64,000 bases of DNA from a virus, in the IMG/VR virus record IMGVR_UViG_3300037833_000033, positions 1,541 to 65,540 of that record; one strand, given 5' to 3'. Each line of letters opens with the position of its first letter. Position 1 is the stretch's first letter. The notes beneath the pieces are model-generated. The model was not told the DNA's origin. It did not search any database and worked only from the letters and a program-made list of their open reading frames with translations. Shown here piece after piece: positions 56,501 to 64,000 of the stretch. The position numbers and the translations under genes are program-made.

Positions 56501-56515
56501 GTTGCCATTTTGTTC
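56501..56515 (-). promoter_or_regulatory. Putative alphaproteobacterial LexA (SOS) box GAAC-AAAATGG-CAAC
   Basis: One mismatch to GAAC-N7-GAAC; about 22 nt upstream of ATG 56479. Confidence 0.6.
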
Positions 56516-56621
56516 TCATTTCCCTAGGAGTCAAGTTGCCGCACCCGCCCCTGAAACGGCCGTCCCCGAAATCCACAAGGTGTCTTTGGAGTGACGCCGC
56601 TTCACAAAAATCGCGACTGCG

Positions 56622-56650
56622 CTTGACATATTGCTAAGTGATAAATTACA
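56622..56650 (+). promoter_or_regulatory. PL-like promoter/operator (CTTGACATATTGCTAAGTGATAAATTACA)
   Basis: 28/29 identical to the PR element; heads the early plus-strand operon. Confidence 0.8.
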
Positions 56651-56681
56651 ACAAGCCATCCGCCCGCACCGGATGGCCCTC

Positions 56682-57005
56682 ATGCCTTACCCTTCCCGCC
56701 GAGACTTCGAAGACCGCTTCCACGTCGTCCGCCGGCGTGACGCCTTCCACTGCCTGGAGGTAGCGGCTCAACACCGCCGCCAGGCGATCAGGGAGGCAGC
56801 CCTCAACGGCGGCTTTGCGCCCTCCGTCTTCATCAAGCTGGCCTCCGACGCCCTTCGGAACGCGCGCCGCTACGACCAGGAGGCCCGCGTGTTCGGGCTG
56901 CGGCTGCCGGGTGAAGAGGAGGGATGGGAGGATCTGATGGACCTCCCCTCCCCCTCCGACCTTGACCTCGCGGCCGAAGCCGCCCTGCAGGCGGAGGCGG
57001 CGTGA
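56682..57005 (+). CDS. First early gene, hypothetical
   Basis: Directly after PL; coupled to downstream ORFs. Confidence 0.55.
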   Translation: MPYPSRRDFEDRFHVVRRRDAFHCLEVAAQHRRQAIREAALNGGFAPSVFIKLASDALRNARRYDQEARVFGLRLPGEEEGWEDLMDLPSPSDLDLAAEAALQAEAA

Positions 57006-57241
57006 TGCTGACCTTCAAGCGCCACATCGCTCCGAACGGCCTTCCCGGCTTCCGCGTCTTCGCCGGAGCCGCCTGCCTCGGCACGATCTTCAACCCCGGG
57101 CGCGTCAACGACGTCGGCCCCATGAACGGCATGGCCTGGCAGGGCGTCGCGCCCGACGGGACGCGGTTCGGGGCGACCTCGCGTCCGAAGCTCGCACAGA
57201 AGCTGCAGATCCATGCGGCCGCTCAGCGGGAAGCCCGCTGA
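57005..57241 (+). CDS. Small early hypothetical protein
   Basis: TGATG coupling. Confidence 0.5.
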   Translation: MLTFKRHIAPNGLPGFRVFAGAACLGTIFNPGRVNDVGPMNGMAWQGVAPDGTRFGATSRPKLAQKLQIHAAAQREAR

Positions 57242-57242
57242 C

Positions 57243-57485
57243 ATGCGCTGCACGTCATCTTTCCTAGCCTTCATCGACGCCGTTCTCAGCACCACCCCAA
57301 TCGAGCAGCGCCGGGACTACCTCCTGAGCGAGCTCGAGAAGCTCGAAGCGCGCGAGCGGACGTACGGCGGGGGCTTCCCTGACGCCAAGGCCGGCCTGCA
57401 ACAGCGCATCGAACGCGAGGCCCGCGCCTGGATCGCACAGCACGAAGCCGCACCATCGTTCGCACACTCCGGGAGGGCTTTCTGA
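57243..57485 (+). CDS. Small early hypothetical protein
   Basis: Coupled to ParB-like gene. Confidence 0.45.
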   Translation: MRCTSSFLAFIDAVLSTTPIEQRRDYLLSELEKLEARERTYGGGFPDAKAGLQQRIEREARAWIAQHEAAPSFAHSGRAF

Positions 57486-58321
57486 TGCGCCCCATCACCA
57501 CTGCCGGTTACGCCGGCATCACGACCCCGACCGACGTCGGCCCTGCGGCCGTCCTGCAGTGGCTCAAGATCTCCGACCTGGTGGTCGATCCTTCCTACCA
57601 GCGCGAGATCCAGAGCGCCGGTCGGTCCAACGTGCGCCGGATCGCATCGGCCTTCTCCTGGGCCAAGTTCGCACCCGTGATCGTGTCGCCCGTGGAGGGC
57701 GGCAAGTTCGCGATCGTGGACGGCCAGCACCGTACCACCGCGGCTGCGCTCTGCGGCCTCGAGCAGGTTCCGTGCGCCGTCATCATGGTGGACCGATCCG
57801 GCCAGGCCGCGGCCTTCAAGGCGATCAACGGCGCCACCACGAAGGTGAGTCCGATGGCAATGTTCCATGCGGCCGTCACCGCCGGCGACCCCGAGGCGCT
57901 CGCCCTCAAGGAGGTCTGCGACTGCGCCGGCGTCCGGATCCTGCGTTACCCGATTCAGACCGATGCCCAGGAGCCGGGCGACACCATGGCGGCATCGGCG
58001 ATCGAGCGCCTGCTCAAGCGCCATGGCCGGGCCACCATGATCACGGCTCTGCAGTGCGTCACGCAAACCAGCGAAGGCAATCCCGGCCTCTTGGTTGCGC
58101 CAGTCATCGCCGCGATCGCCGACGTGCTGGCAGAGGAGCCCGCTTGGCGGGACGCCGGGTCCAAGCTCCTCGATGTATTCGACGCGATCGACCTCGACAC
58201 CGAGCTCGACGCGGCCCGCGTGACGGCTGCCAAGCGCCCGAACATCAGCATCGCCGTCGCCCTGGCGAACCGCCTGCGTGACCGCCTCTCCAAGAGCATT
58301 CCCGTCGCGGAGGCCGCCTGA
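57485..58321 (+). CDS. ParB/Srx N-terminal-domain protein
   Basis: L.VD.SYQR...F.W.KF.PVIVS...IVDGQHR. Confidence 0.85.
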   Translation: MRPITTAGYAGITTPTDVGPAAVLQWLKISDLVVDPSYQREIQSAGRSNVRRIASAFSWAKFAPVIVSPVEGGKFAIVDGQHRTTAAALCGLEQVPCAVIMVDRSGQAAAFKAINGATTKVSPMAMFHAAVTAGDPEALALKEVCDCAGVRILRYPIQTDAQEPGDTMAASAIERLLKRHGRATMITALQCVTQTSEGNPGLLVAPVIAAIADVLAEEPAWRDAGSKLLDVFDAIDLDTELDAARVTAAKRPNISIAVALANRLRDRLSKSIPVAEAA

Positions 58322-58551
58322 TGCGCTTCGCCCATCGCATGGACCGGACGGCCCGCTACACCGACGAGGACGTCGCGCGGAAGCTGGCCAACCTCGAGCA
58401 CCACACGCTGAGGAATGCCGCAGGCGTGATCGACGAGGACGCTGTCGCAAGCGCCGTCATCGATGCGGGCGTTCATCCGCTCTCCTGGGATTCCACCAAC
58501 TGGCGTGACGTCGCCTTGCAGGCGCTCGAGCTCCGGAGGGACGGCCGATGA
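58321..58551 (+). CDS. Small early hypothetical protein
   Basis: TGATG coupling. Confidence 0.5.
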   Translation: MRFAHRMDRTARYTDEDVARKLANLEHHTLRNAAGVIDEDAVASAVIDAGVHPLSWDSTNWRDVALQALELRRDGR

Positions 58552-58709
58552 GCACCCTCACCGCCCTCATCGTCGCCGCCGTGTTCTGCATGGCCCTCGC
58601 CCTTTTCCTCGGGATCACAGGCGCCTTCAAGGCCAGCCCGAAGCAGGAGCCCTCCCCTCGCGACCTCGAGCCTTGGGGCGACTGGCCGCATCGCGGGGAT
58701 GAGCTGTGA
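58548..58709 (+). CDS. 53-aa single-pass membrane protein
   Basis: GGAGG RBS; MSTLTALIVAAVFCMALALFLGITGAF. Confidence 0.5.
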   Translation: MSTLTALIVAAVFCMALALFLGITGAFKASPKQEPSPRDLEPWGDWPHRGDEL

Positions 58710-59218
58710 GCATCTCTCTCCGGCCTGTCACCCGGGATGAGGCCGATCGCTTCATTTCCGAGCATCACCGCCACCACCGGCCGCCGGTCGGGGCCCTCTG
58801 GCGGCACGGCGCTCACGACAGCGAGGGCTACCTTGTCGCCGTCGCTGTGGTCGGACGGCCCGTGGCGCGCGAGCTCGACGACGGCCTGACGGTCGAGGTC
58901 ACCCGCATGTGCTCGGACGGTGAGCCCAACGTGTGCAGCATGCTCTACGCCGCGGCTCGCCGCGCGGCCGATGCCAAGGGCTACCGGCGCGGGCTGACCT
59001 ACATCCTGCGCAGCGAATGGGATCGGTTCGACCCGGCCACCGGGCGCCGCATCGGCGGCGCTAGCATACGAGCTGCCGGCTATGAGTTCCTGTGGGAGGT
59101 GCGCGGTCGCAGCTGGGATGCGCCTTCGCGCCCTCGGACCGACAAGCACCCAACCGAGGACAAGGTGGCTCTCGGATGGGGCGCCTGGCCCCAGCTTACC
59201 GCGAGGGCCGCCGCATGA
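58706..59218 (+). CDS. XF1762-family (GNAT/Mom-like) protein
   Basis: A..FI..HHRHH.PP.G...VAVVGRPVAR.LDDG.T.EVTR.C.DG..N.CSMLY.AA...TYIL. Confidence 0.75.
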   Translation: MSISLRPVTRDEADRFISEHHRHHRPPVGALWRHGAHDSEGYLVAVAVVGRPVARELDDGLTVEVTRMCSDGEPNVCSMLYAAARRAADAKGYRRGLTYILRSEWDRFDPATGRRIGGASIRAAGYEFLWEVRGRSWDAPSRPRTDKHPTEDKVALGWGAWPQLTARAAA

Positions 59219-59520
59219 TCTGCCCCCGCTGCGGCTCCGACACCCGCGTCATTGAAACCCGAGAGGTCGAAGGCAAGCCGGTGATCCGCCGGCGGAGACG
59301 GTGCGCTGAAGGCCACCGCTTCGACACCTACGAGAGCCGGGAGAAGCCGACCCACCTTGTCGAGCGCCCGCCGGGGTACCAGGCCGCTCTGATGCGGAAA
59401 CGCCGAGCCCAGGACCGGGAGCGGGATCAGCGTGACCGCCTGCGCGAGATCGCCCGCCAGGAGCACAAGCAGACCGGCGAGCCCCTCGAGCAAGTCTACG
59501 CCCGCTTCGGCGTCGCCTGA
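59215..59520 (+). CDS. NrdR-like zinc-ribbon protein without ATP cone
   Basis: M.CP.CG..T.V.ETR....IRRRR.C..GHRF.TYE. Confidence 0.75.
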   Translation: MICPRCGSDTRVIETREVEGKPVIRRRRRCAEGHRFDTYESREKPTHLVERPPGYQAALMRKRRAQDRERDQRDRLREIARQEHKQTGEPLEQVYARFGVA

Positions 59521-59542
59521 CCTCCCTCCCAGGATCACCCCG

Positions 59543-60136
59543 ATGACACAGACCCAGACAGACCGTGAGGGCGAGCTTGAGGCCGAGCGCGAGGTTGCAG
59601 ATCATCTCTCGCAACGATGCCAAGTCCTGCGGGCCGAGAAGGATGCGCTACAGCGGAACTACGACGCGGTATGCGCTCTCCTCGATGATGCGCGCGAGCA
59701 ATGGGCCGAGGCGAAGGCGGGCAGGGATGAGTGGCGCCAGCAATCCGAGCGCCACGCCGCCGAGGTTCAGACGCTCACCAAGGAGCGGGACGAGGCGCGG
59801 GAGGAACTCGCTTCAATGCGAGCGGAGGGCGGTTGGCTTGCGGATCGTACCATCGACGCGCTCATGGCGAAAGCCGACCGGACAGGCGCCGCAGAGAAGG
59901 CCCTAGCCGACACGCGGGAGGCGTTGGAGCGGCTAGAGGCCGCGAACGACCGGCTCGCCAGTCTCCGGACCCAAGACGAATACAACGCCATGGTCAGCAA
60001 GCCGGCCGTTTGTGAGGCGCTGGTCGCGCTGGACTTCGCCCGCCGTGATGCACGCGAGATCCTTGCCGCCGCCCGAGCCGCCACAGGCGACCAGACCCCG
60101 ATCCAATCTCAGGAAGGAACGGACCATGCCGATTGA
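59543..60136 (+). CDS. Coiled-coil hypothetical protein
   Basis: Heptad-rich sequence. Confidence 0.55.
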   Translation: MTQTQTDREGELEAEREVADHLSQRCQVLRAEKDALQRNYDAVCALLDDAREQWAEAKAGRDEWRQQSERHAAEVQTLTKERDEAREELASMRAEGGWLADRTIDALMAKADRTGAAEKALADTREALERLEAANDRLASLRTQDEYNAMVSKPAVCEALVALDFARRDAREILAAARAATGDQTPIQSQEGTDHAD

Positions 60137-60767
60137 TCCCCTCTCCCCGGAGACGGCCCGCGAGGTCGAGGCTGATGTGCGGCCAACCATATACATCGCG
60201 AGCAAGACTACCCACGCAGCCCGTTGGCGCGACCTTCGGAGTGCCGGCTTGCCGATCATCTCGACTTGGATTGACGAGGCCGGGAAGGGCGAGACGGCGT
60301 GCTTCGCTGATCTGTGGCGACGCTGCGTTTCCGAGGCTGCGAGCGCAGATGCGCTGATCGTCTACCGGGAGCCCGGCGAAGTCCTCAAGGGCGCTTTCGT
60401 GGAAGTCGGCGCGGCGCTCGCCAGCGGCAAGCCGGTCTACGCTGTCGGATGCGACGAGTTCTCGTTCGTGAACCACCGGCTCGTCCGATCTGCGCCGACG
60501 CTTGACGCCGCCATCTCCGCTCTCGACCAGTCCCGCGCCGCATCCGAGACCCGAAGCGCAGACGGCGGGAGGGGCCTGACGCGCATCAAGCAGCTAGAGG
60601 CCGACTATGCGGACTGCAACCGGGAGCGAGAGCGGTGGAAGGACGAGGCCATGCGACTACGAGCCGATCTGGCGACGTGGGCGGGTATCGACGCCGAGAT
60701 CATGGCCGAAGATGAGCAGATCGCAGCAGCATCTCCCCCGCCCAGCGAGACGGGAGGGCGGGAGTGA
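60126..60767 (+). CDS. Nucleoside 2-deoxyribosyltransferase-like domain protein
   Basis: IYIAS...C..E...AD.LIVY......GA.VE.G.A...GKPV. Confidence 0.65.
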   Translation: MPIDPLSPETAREVEADVRPTIYIASKTTHAARWRDLRSAGLPIISTWIDEAGKGETACFADLWRRCVSEAASADALIVYREPGEVLKGAFVEVGAALASGKPVYAVGCDEFSFVNHRLVRSAPTLDAAISALDQSRAASETRSADGGRGLTRIKQLEADYADCNRERERWKDEAMRLRADLATWAGIDAEIMAEDEQIAAASPPPSETGGRE

Positions 60768-60911
60768 TGGAGCACTTCCCAACACCCCAGGAGCGCGCCG
60801 AGGCAGAGCGCGCATGGCGGCGCCTCTTGCAGTGGGCCGCCCGACGCGCGCGAGAGGCGCGCGAAGCCCCGGCCCGCCCCACCCCCTCCCCACAGCCCGA
60901 AGGACAGGCCG

Positions 60912-61172
60912 ATGGCTGAGAAGCTGACAGAGGCGCAAATGAGCGAGAACGTAGCTGTTGGTCGCCTTGTATCAGTCGGCTGGTTCCGACCGGAGGAGGG
61001 GCAGGAAATTCCCGAGGGCGAGGGAGCCCTTGAGGTTCGCATCCTGATCGCGCCGGCAGACATCCCGAAATGGCCGTTTAACGCGGTGTGGGATCGTCGC
61101 CATGTGCAACTCACTCTGCTGCCGCCCGCCGGCCGCTCCGCCCTGATGCAGACAGACGGAGGGGAGCGGTGA
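60912..61172 (+). CDS. Small early hypothetical protein
   Basis: AAGGA RBS; coupled chain. Confidence 0.45.
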   Translation: MAEKLTEAQMSENVAVGRLVSVGWFRPEEGQEIPEGEGALEVRILIAPADIPKWPFNAVWDRRHVQLTLLPPAGRSALMQTDGGER

Positions 61173-61393
61173 GCAAGCCAGGGACGACGTTCGTATCCTA
61201 CTTCCACGCCGATCAGGACAGGGGCGCCTTCGGCTTCGGGTGGGCAACGATCAACATCAAGATCGAGACCCGCGAAGATGTTGAAGCGGCTCACGAAGCC
61301 ATCGCGCGGGAGCGCCCCCACCTGAAGGGGTTCAACATCATTAGTTGGCAGGAACTCCCCTCCGCCCCCATCCGTCAGGAGCCCCAGCCGTGA
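61169..61393 (+). CDS. Small early hypothetical protein
   Basis: GTGA coupling. Confidence 0.5.
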   Translation: MSKPGTTFVSYFHADQDRGAFGFGWATINIKIETREDVEAAHEAIARERPHLKGFNIISWQELPSAPIRQEPQP

Positions 61394-61719
61394 GCCCGAT
61401 GGAAAGCGAGAGGCTGATCGAGGAGATGACCGGCGCCTACAACGCCGTGTGGGCCGCGTGGCCGAACCTGGACGCCACAAGCGTTGATGCCTGCCGCAGG
61501 GCCGCACTCTCTGCCGCCCTCGCCCTCGCCCGCCCGGCCATCCTGGAGGAGGCCGCGAAGGTGGCGGAAGGGTGGGCCACGAAGTTCCGGGAGGGCTCAA
61601 GCGGCAAAGTCTACACATCTACCGTCGTGGTCATCTGCGGCAGCATCGCGGAGGATATTCGCTCCCTCTCCCCTCAGAGCCAGCCCGCCTCCGCCCCGTC
61701 GATGGGAGAGAAGCCGTGA
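61390..61719 (+). CDS. Small early hypothetical protein
   Basis: GTGA coupling. Confidence 0.45.
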   Translation: MSPMESERLIEEMTGAYNAVWAAWPNLDATSVDACRRAALSAALALARPAILEEAAKVAEGWATKFREGSSGKVYTSTVVVICGSIAEDIRSLSPQSQPASAPSMGEKP

Positions 61720-61973
61720 GCGCCGACCCTGAGCAGATCGAGGCCGAGTTCGCCGCCCTTGTAGCGCAAGGATGGCCGAAGCTGCCCCCGCGCGCCAAGA
61801 CGCCCGGCCTCACCGAGTTGCTGGCCGGCCATCATGCGTCGATCGCGACGCAGCTCGTGGACAGCGAGCTTCCGAGCACGCGCCGGTTCTGGCGGGCAAA
61901 GTTGGGGTGGCCGGAGCTCGCCGACGACCCGCGGCCGATGAGCGAATTGCTGTTCCCGGGAGGGAGAGGATGA
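61716..61973 (+). CDS. Small early hypothetical protein
   Basis: GTGA coupling. Confidence 0.45.
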   Translation: MSADPEQIEAEFAALVAQGWPKLPPRAKTPGLTELLAGHHASIATQLVDSELPSTRRFWRAKLGWPELADDPRPMSELLFPGGRG

Positions 61974-62386
61974 CAAGGGTCGCCCCACGCCGTGAGGAGA
62001 TCGCGGAGGACACGCCCCTCAGGCTGGACATGGCAGCCCAGCTAGCGTTCCCTGACGGCTCCATTACCGTGTCGAGCCTGCGGCGGGAGGCGGCTCGCGG
62101 GCGGCTCCAAGTGTGGCGCATCGCGGGGAAGCAGATGACGACCCTCGCCGCCCTTCGGAGAATGATGGACCAATGCCTCGAAAAGCGCAGCCCGCCCGCC
62201 TCTGGCTCCGACCAGCCGAGGGAGACCGCGGTTCCATCTGGACCATTGTCGATCAGGGACGGCGCTACAGCACAGGATGCGGCCCGGATGCGCGCCGAGA
62301 AGCTGAAGCAAAGCTACGGGAATACCTCGCCCAGAAACACGAACCCGTCGCCCAGCGCACCCGTCATCCCTCTCAAGTCCCGATAG
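61970..62386 (+). CDS. xis: Excisionase-like protein
   Basis: AAQLAFPDGSITVSSLRREAARGRL...IAGK..TTL..L..M; overlaps integrase start. Confidence 0.7.
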   Translation: MTRVAPRREEIAEDTPLRLDMAAQLAFPDGSITVSSLRREAARGRLQVWRIAGKQMTTLAALRRMMDQCLEKRSPPASGSDQPRETAVPSGPLSIRDGATAQDAARMRAEKLKQSYGNTSPRNTNPSPSAPVIPLKSR

Positions 62387-63297
62387 GGGACGTGCTCTCG
62401 GTCTATCTGGATGAAGTCGTGCCGAAGCAGGCGAGCCCTGCACGGGTCGCCGCTAGGATTACCCGGCTCATAGATTGGTGGGGCGCCAAGCTGCTGTCTG
62501 AGGTCACTCCGGCAACCTGCCGAGCCTATGCGGCCGAGCGCAAGCGGGGCGGCTCACGGCGAGACCTTGAGGACTTGAGGGCCGCCATCAACCACCACGC
62601 AAAGCGCGAACTTCACACCGGCTATATTGAGGTCGAGCTACCAGCCAAGGGCGAGGCCCGATCCGCTTGGCTCACCCGTGATGAGGCCGCCCGCCTTCTC
62701 TGGGCTTGCTGGCGCCACGGTCGGACGGTGCGCCTGCCTCGCGGCCGTGAGAAGGGCAAGGTCGTGGAGTCGGAGTGGCACGACCTCCGGCACATCGCCC
62801 GCTTCATTCTGATGGGGCTTTATACCGGCTCGCGTTCAGGAGCGATCTTCTCAGCCTCGATCTATGCCGGCGCCAATCGCAGCTTCGTGGATCTTGATAG
62901 CGGGATCTTCTACCGGCTAGCGGAGGGCAAGGCCGAGACGAACAAGCGCCAACCTCCGGCCCCCATCCCTGGCCGCCTCTTGGCGCACCTACGGCGGTGG
63001 AAGGCCAAGGGCATCATCGCTCAGTATGTGGTCGAGTGGGACGGGAAGCCGATCAAATCCGTCAAGGTTGGCTGGAAGAGAGCCGTGCAGGCGGCCGGCC
63101 TGACCCACAAGCGGGTTACGCCTCACACCCTACGCCACACCGCCGCGACATGGCTTATGCAGCAAGGCGTCGATCCCTGGGAAGCTGCCGGCTACCTTGG
63201 GATGTCCGAACAGATGCTCCGCGATACCTACGGGCACCATCACCCAGCATTCATGCGGAACGCTGCCGAGCGGATTACACGGAAGCGGTCCCGCTGA
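62173..63297 (+). CDS. int: Tyrosine recombinase (phage integrase)
   Basis: YTGSR (R), TPHTLRHTAATW (HxxR), LGMS, YGH (Y). Confidence 0.93.
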   Translation: MPRKAQPARLWLRPAEGDRGSIWTIVDQGRRYSTGCGPDARREAEAKLREYLAQKHEPVAQRTRHPSQVPIGDVLSVYLDEVVPKQASPARVAARITRLIDWWGAKLLSEVTPATCRAYAAERKRGGSRRDLEDLRAAINHHAKRELHTGYIEVELPAKGEARSAWLTRDEAARLLWACWRHGRTVRLPRGREKGKVVESEWHDLRHIARFILMGLYTGSRSGAIFSASIYAGANRSFVDLDSGIFYRLAEGKAETNKRQPPAPIPGRLLAHLRRWKAKGIIAQYVVEWDGKPIKSVKVGWKRAVQAAGLTHKRVTPHTLRHTAATWLMQQGVDPWEAAGYLGMSEQMLRDTYGHHHPAFMRNAAERITRKRSR

Positions 63298-63404
63298 TGC
63301 TACGGGACCGAAACGGTACTGAAACCCCGTGAACAAACGAGCACAGACGCCGCTGCCGTTGCGACAAAACCCTTATACTCCAAGGATGACAGGGCGCACC
63401 CTGG

Positions 63405-63451
63405 CGCTCATAACGGTCTGGTTGCAGGTTCGAGTCCTGCCGGGCCCACCA
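63405..63451 (+). mobile_element. att core: 3' half of tRNA-Ile(CAT)
   Basis: CGCTCATAACGGTCTGGTTGCAGGTTCGAGTCCTGCCGGGCCCACCA; anticodon loop, T arm and CCA present, D arm and 5' acceptor absent. Confidence 0.85.
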
Positions 63452-63466
63452 ATCACCCTCCTGCCC

Positions 63467-64000
63467 TCACCGCCCCGGCCGGAACACCGCGACCGGTTCG
63501 GCGAAGCCTTCCACCGCGTGCTCGCCGAGGGGCTCCGTGTGGCCCCAGAGGTGGTCCACGAAGGGGCGCGACATCAGCAGCGGTTCGGCGAGGACCTTGT
63601 TGAGCTTGGCGATGCGGCCCGCGAGGTTCACGTCGCGGCCGATCACCGTGAAGTCGAGCCGCTGGCCCGAGCCGACGTTGCCGTAGGCGGCCTCGCCGTG
63701 GTGGAGGGCCATGCCGGCCGCGACCGGAATCGGGAAGCGCCCCTCCGCGTTCGCGACCGCGATCCGCTCCAGGCCGCGCTCCGCGGCCGTGAGCGCCGAC
63801 TGCGCCGCCCCGCCGGTGTCGTCGCCGCGGTCGCGGAAGATGGCGAGCAGGCCGTCGCCCATGTATTTCAGCACCTCGCCGCCCTCGTCCTCGATCGGCG
63901 GCACGAGGCAGTCGAAATAATCGTTGAGGAGTTCGACCGCGGCCTCGGGGCTGAGGTCGGAGGAGTGGCGGGTGTAGCTCCTCATGTCGGCGAACAGGAT
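63467..64000 (-). CDS. Host adenylate/guanylate cyclase (5' end beyond window)
   Basis: LFADMRSYT...KYMGDGLLAIF...LHHGE..YGNVG...DFTVIG..VN.A. Confidence 0.9.
   Translation of the reverse strand: MLFADMRSYTRHSSDLSPEAAVELLNDYFDCLVPPIEDEGGEVLKYMGDGLLAIFRDRGDDTGGAAQSALTAAERGLERIAVANAEGRFPIPVAAGMALHHGEAAYGNVGSGQRLDFTVIGRDVNLAGRIAKLNKVLAEPLLMSRPFVDHLWGHTEPLGEHAVEGFAEPVAVFRPGR

Larger units (their letters stand above)
1..63451. mobile_element. Temperate siphovirus-like prophage (left end outside window)
   Basis: Complete ordered set of lysis, tail, head, terminase, replication, cro/cI, early genes and integrase, ending at a tRNA 3'-half att copy. Confidence 0.95.

Noticed and set aside
22658-63385. 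Extra CTCCAAG cores (22658 minus, 22981 inverted-like, 63377) as further copies of the cassette repeat
   Set aside because: Only 8-9 bp match; about one such hit is expected by chance.
63361-63451. Intact tRNA gene
   Set aside because: The sequence 5' of the anticodon loop does not form the D arm or acceptor stem; only the 3' half is present.

Overview
Nearly the whole window (1 to ~63451) is one temperate siphovirus-like prophage in a high-GC alphaproteobacterium (Rhizobiales-like). It runs off the left edge inside the lysis cassette. It ends on the right at an att copy made of the 3' half of tRNA-Ile(CAT), next to a tyrosine integrase and followed by a host adenylate/guanylate cyclase. Structural, lysis and replication genes are on the minus strand; cI, its cargo and the PL early operon are on the plus strand. 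There are two large accessory islands: ~14.8-25.3 kb inside the tail operon and ~47.9-56.5 kb between cI and PL. The strongest finding is at 14839-16015: a nuclease-less Nop/IS110-Tnp-like protein with six stem-enclosed RNA units of invariant geometry (CCA-N9-TG-N4-CCN-N9-TG). This looks like a stem-loop TIGR-Tas (TasA-type) RNA-guided system, with five of the six guides inside the protein's own reading frame. Other candidates: a Zn-ribbon/ART-like + TPR gene pair, a TIGR04255-like three-gene toxin module, a repeat-punctuated gene-cassette array, an SOS-boxed operon and an antisense paralogue of the head-tail adaptor. Family assignments come from motif recognition by eye; no database search was run.
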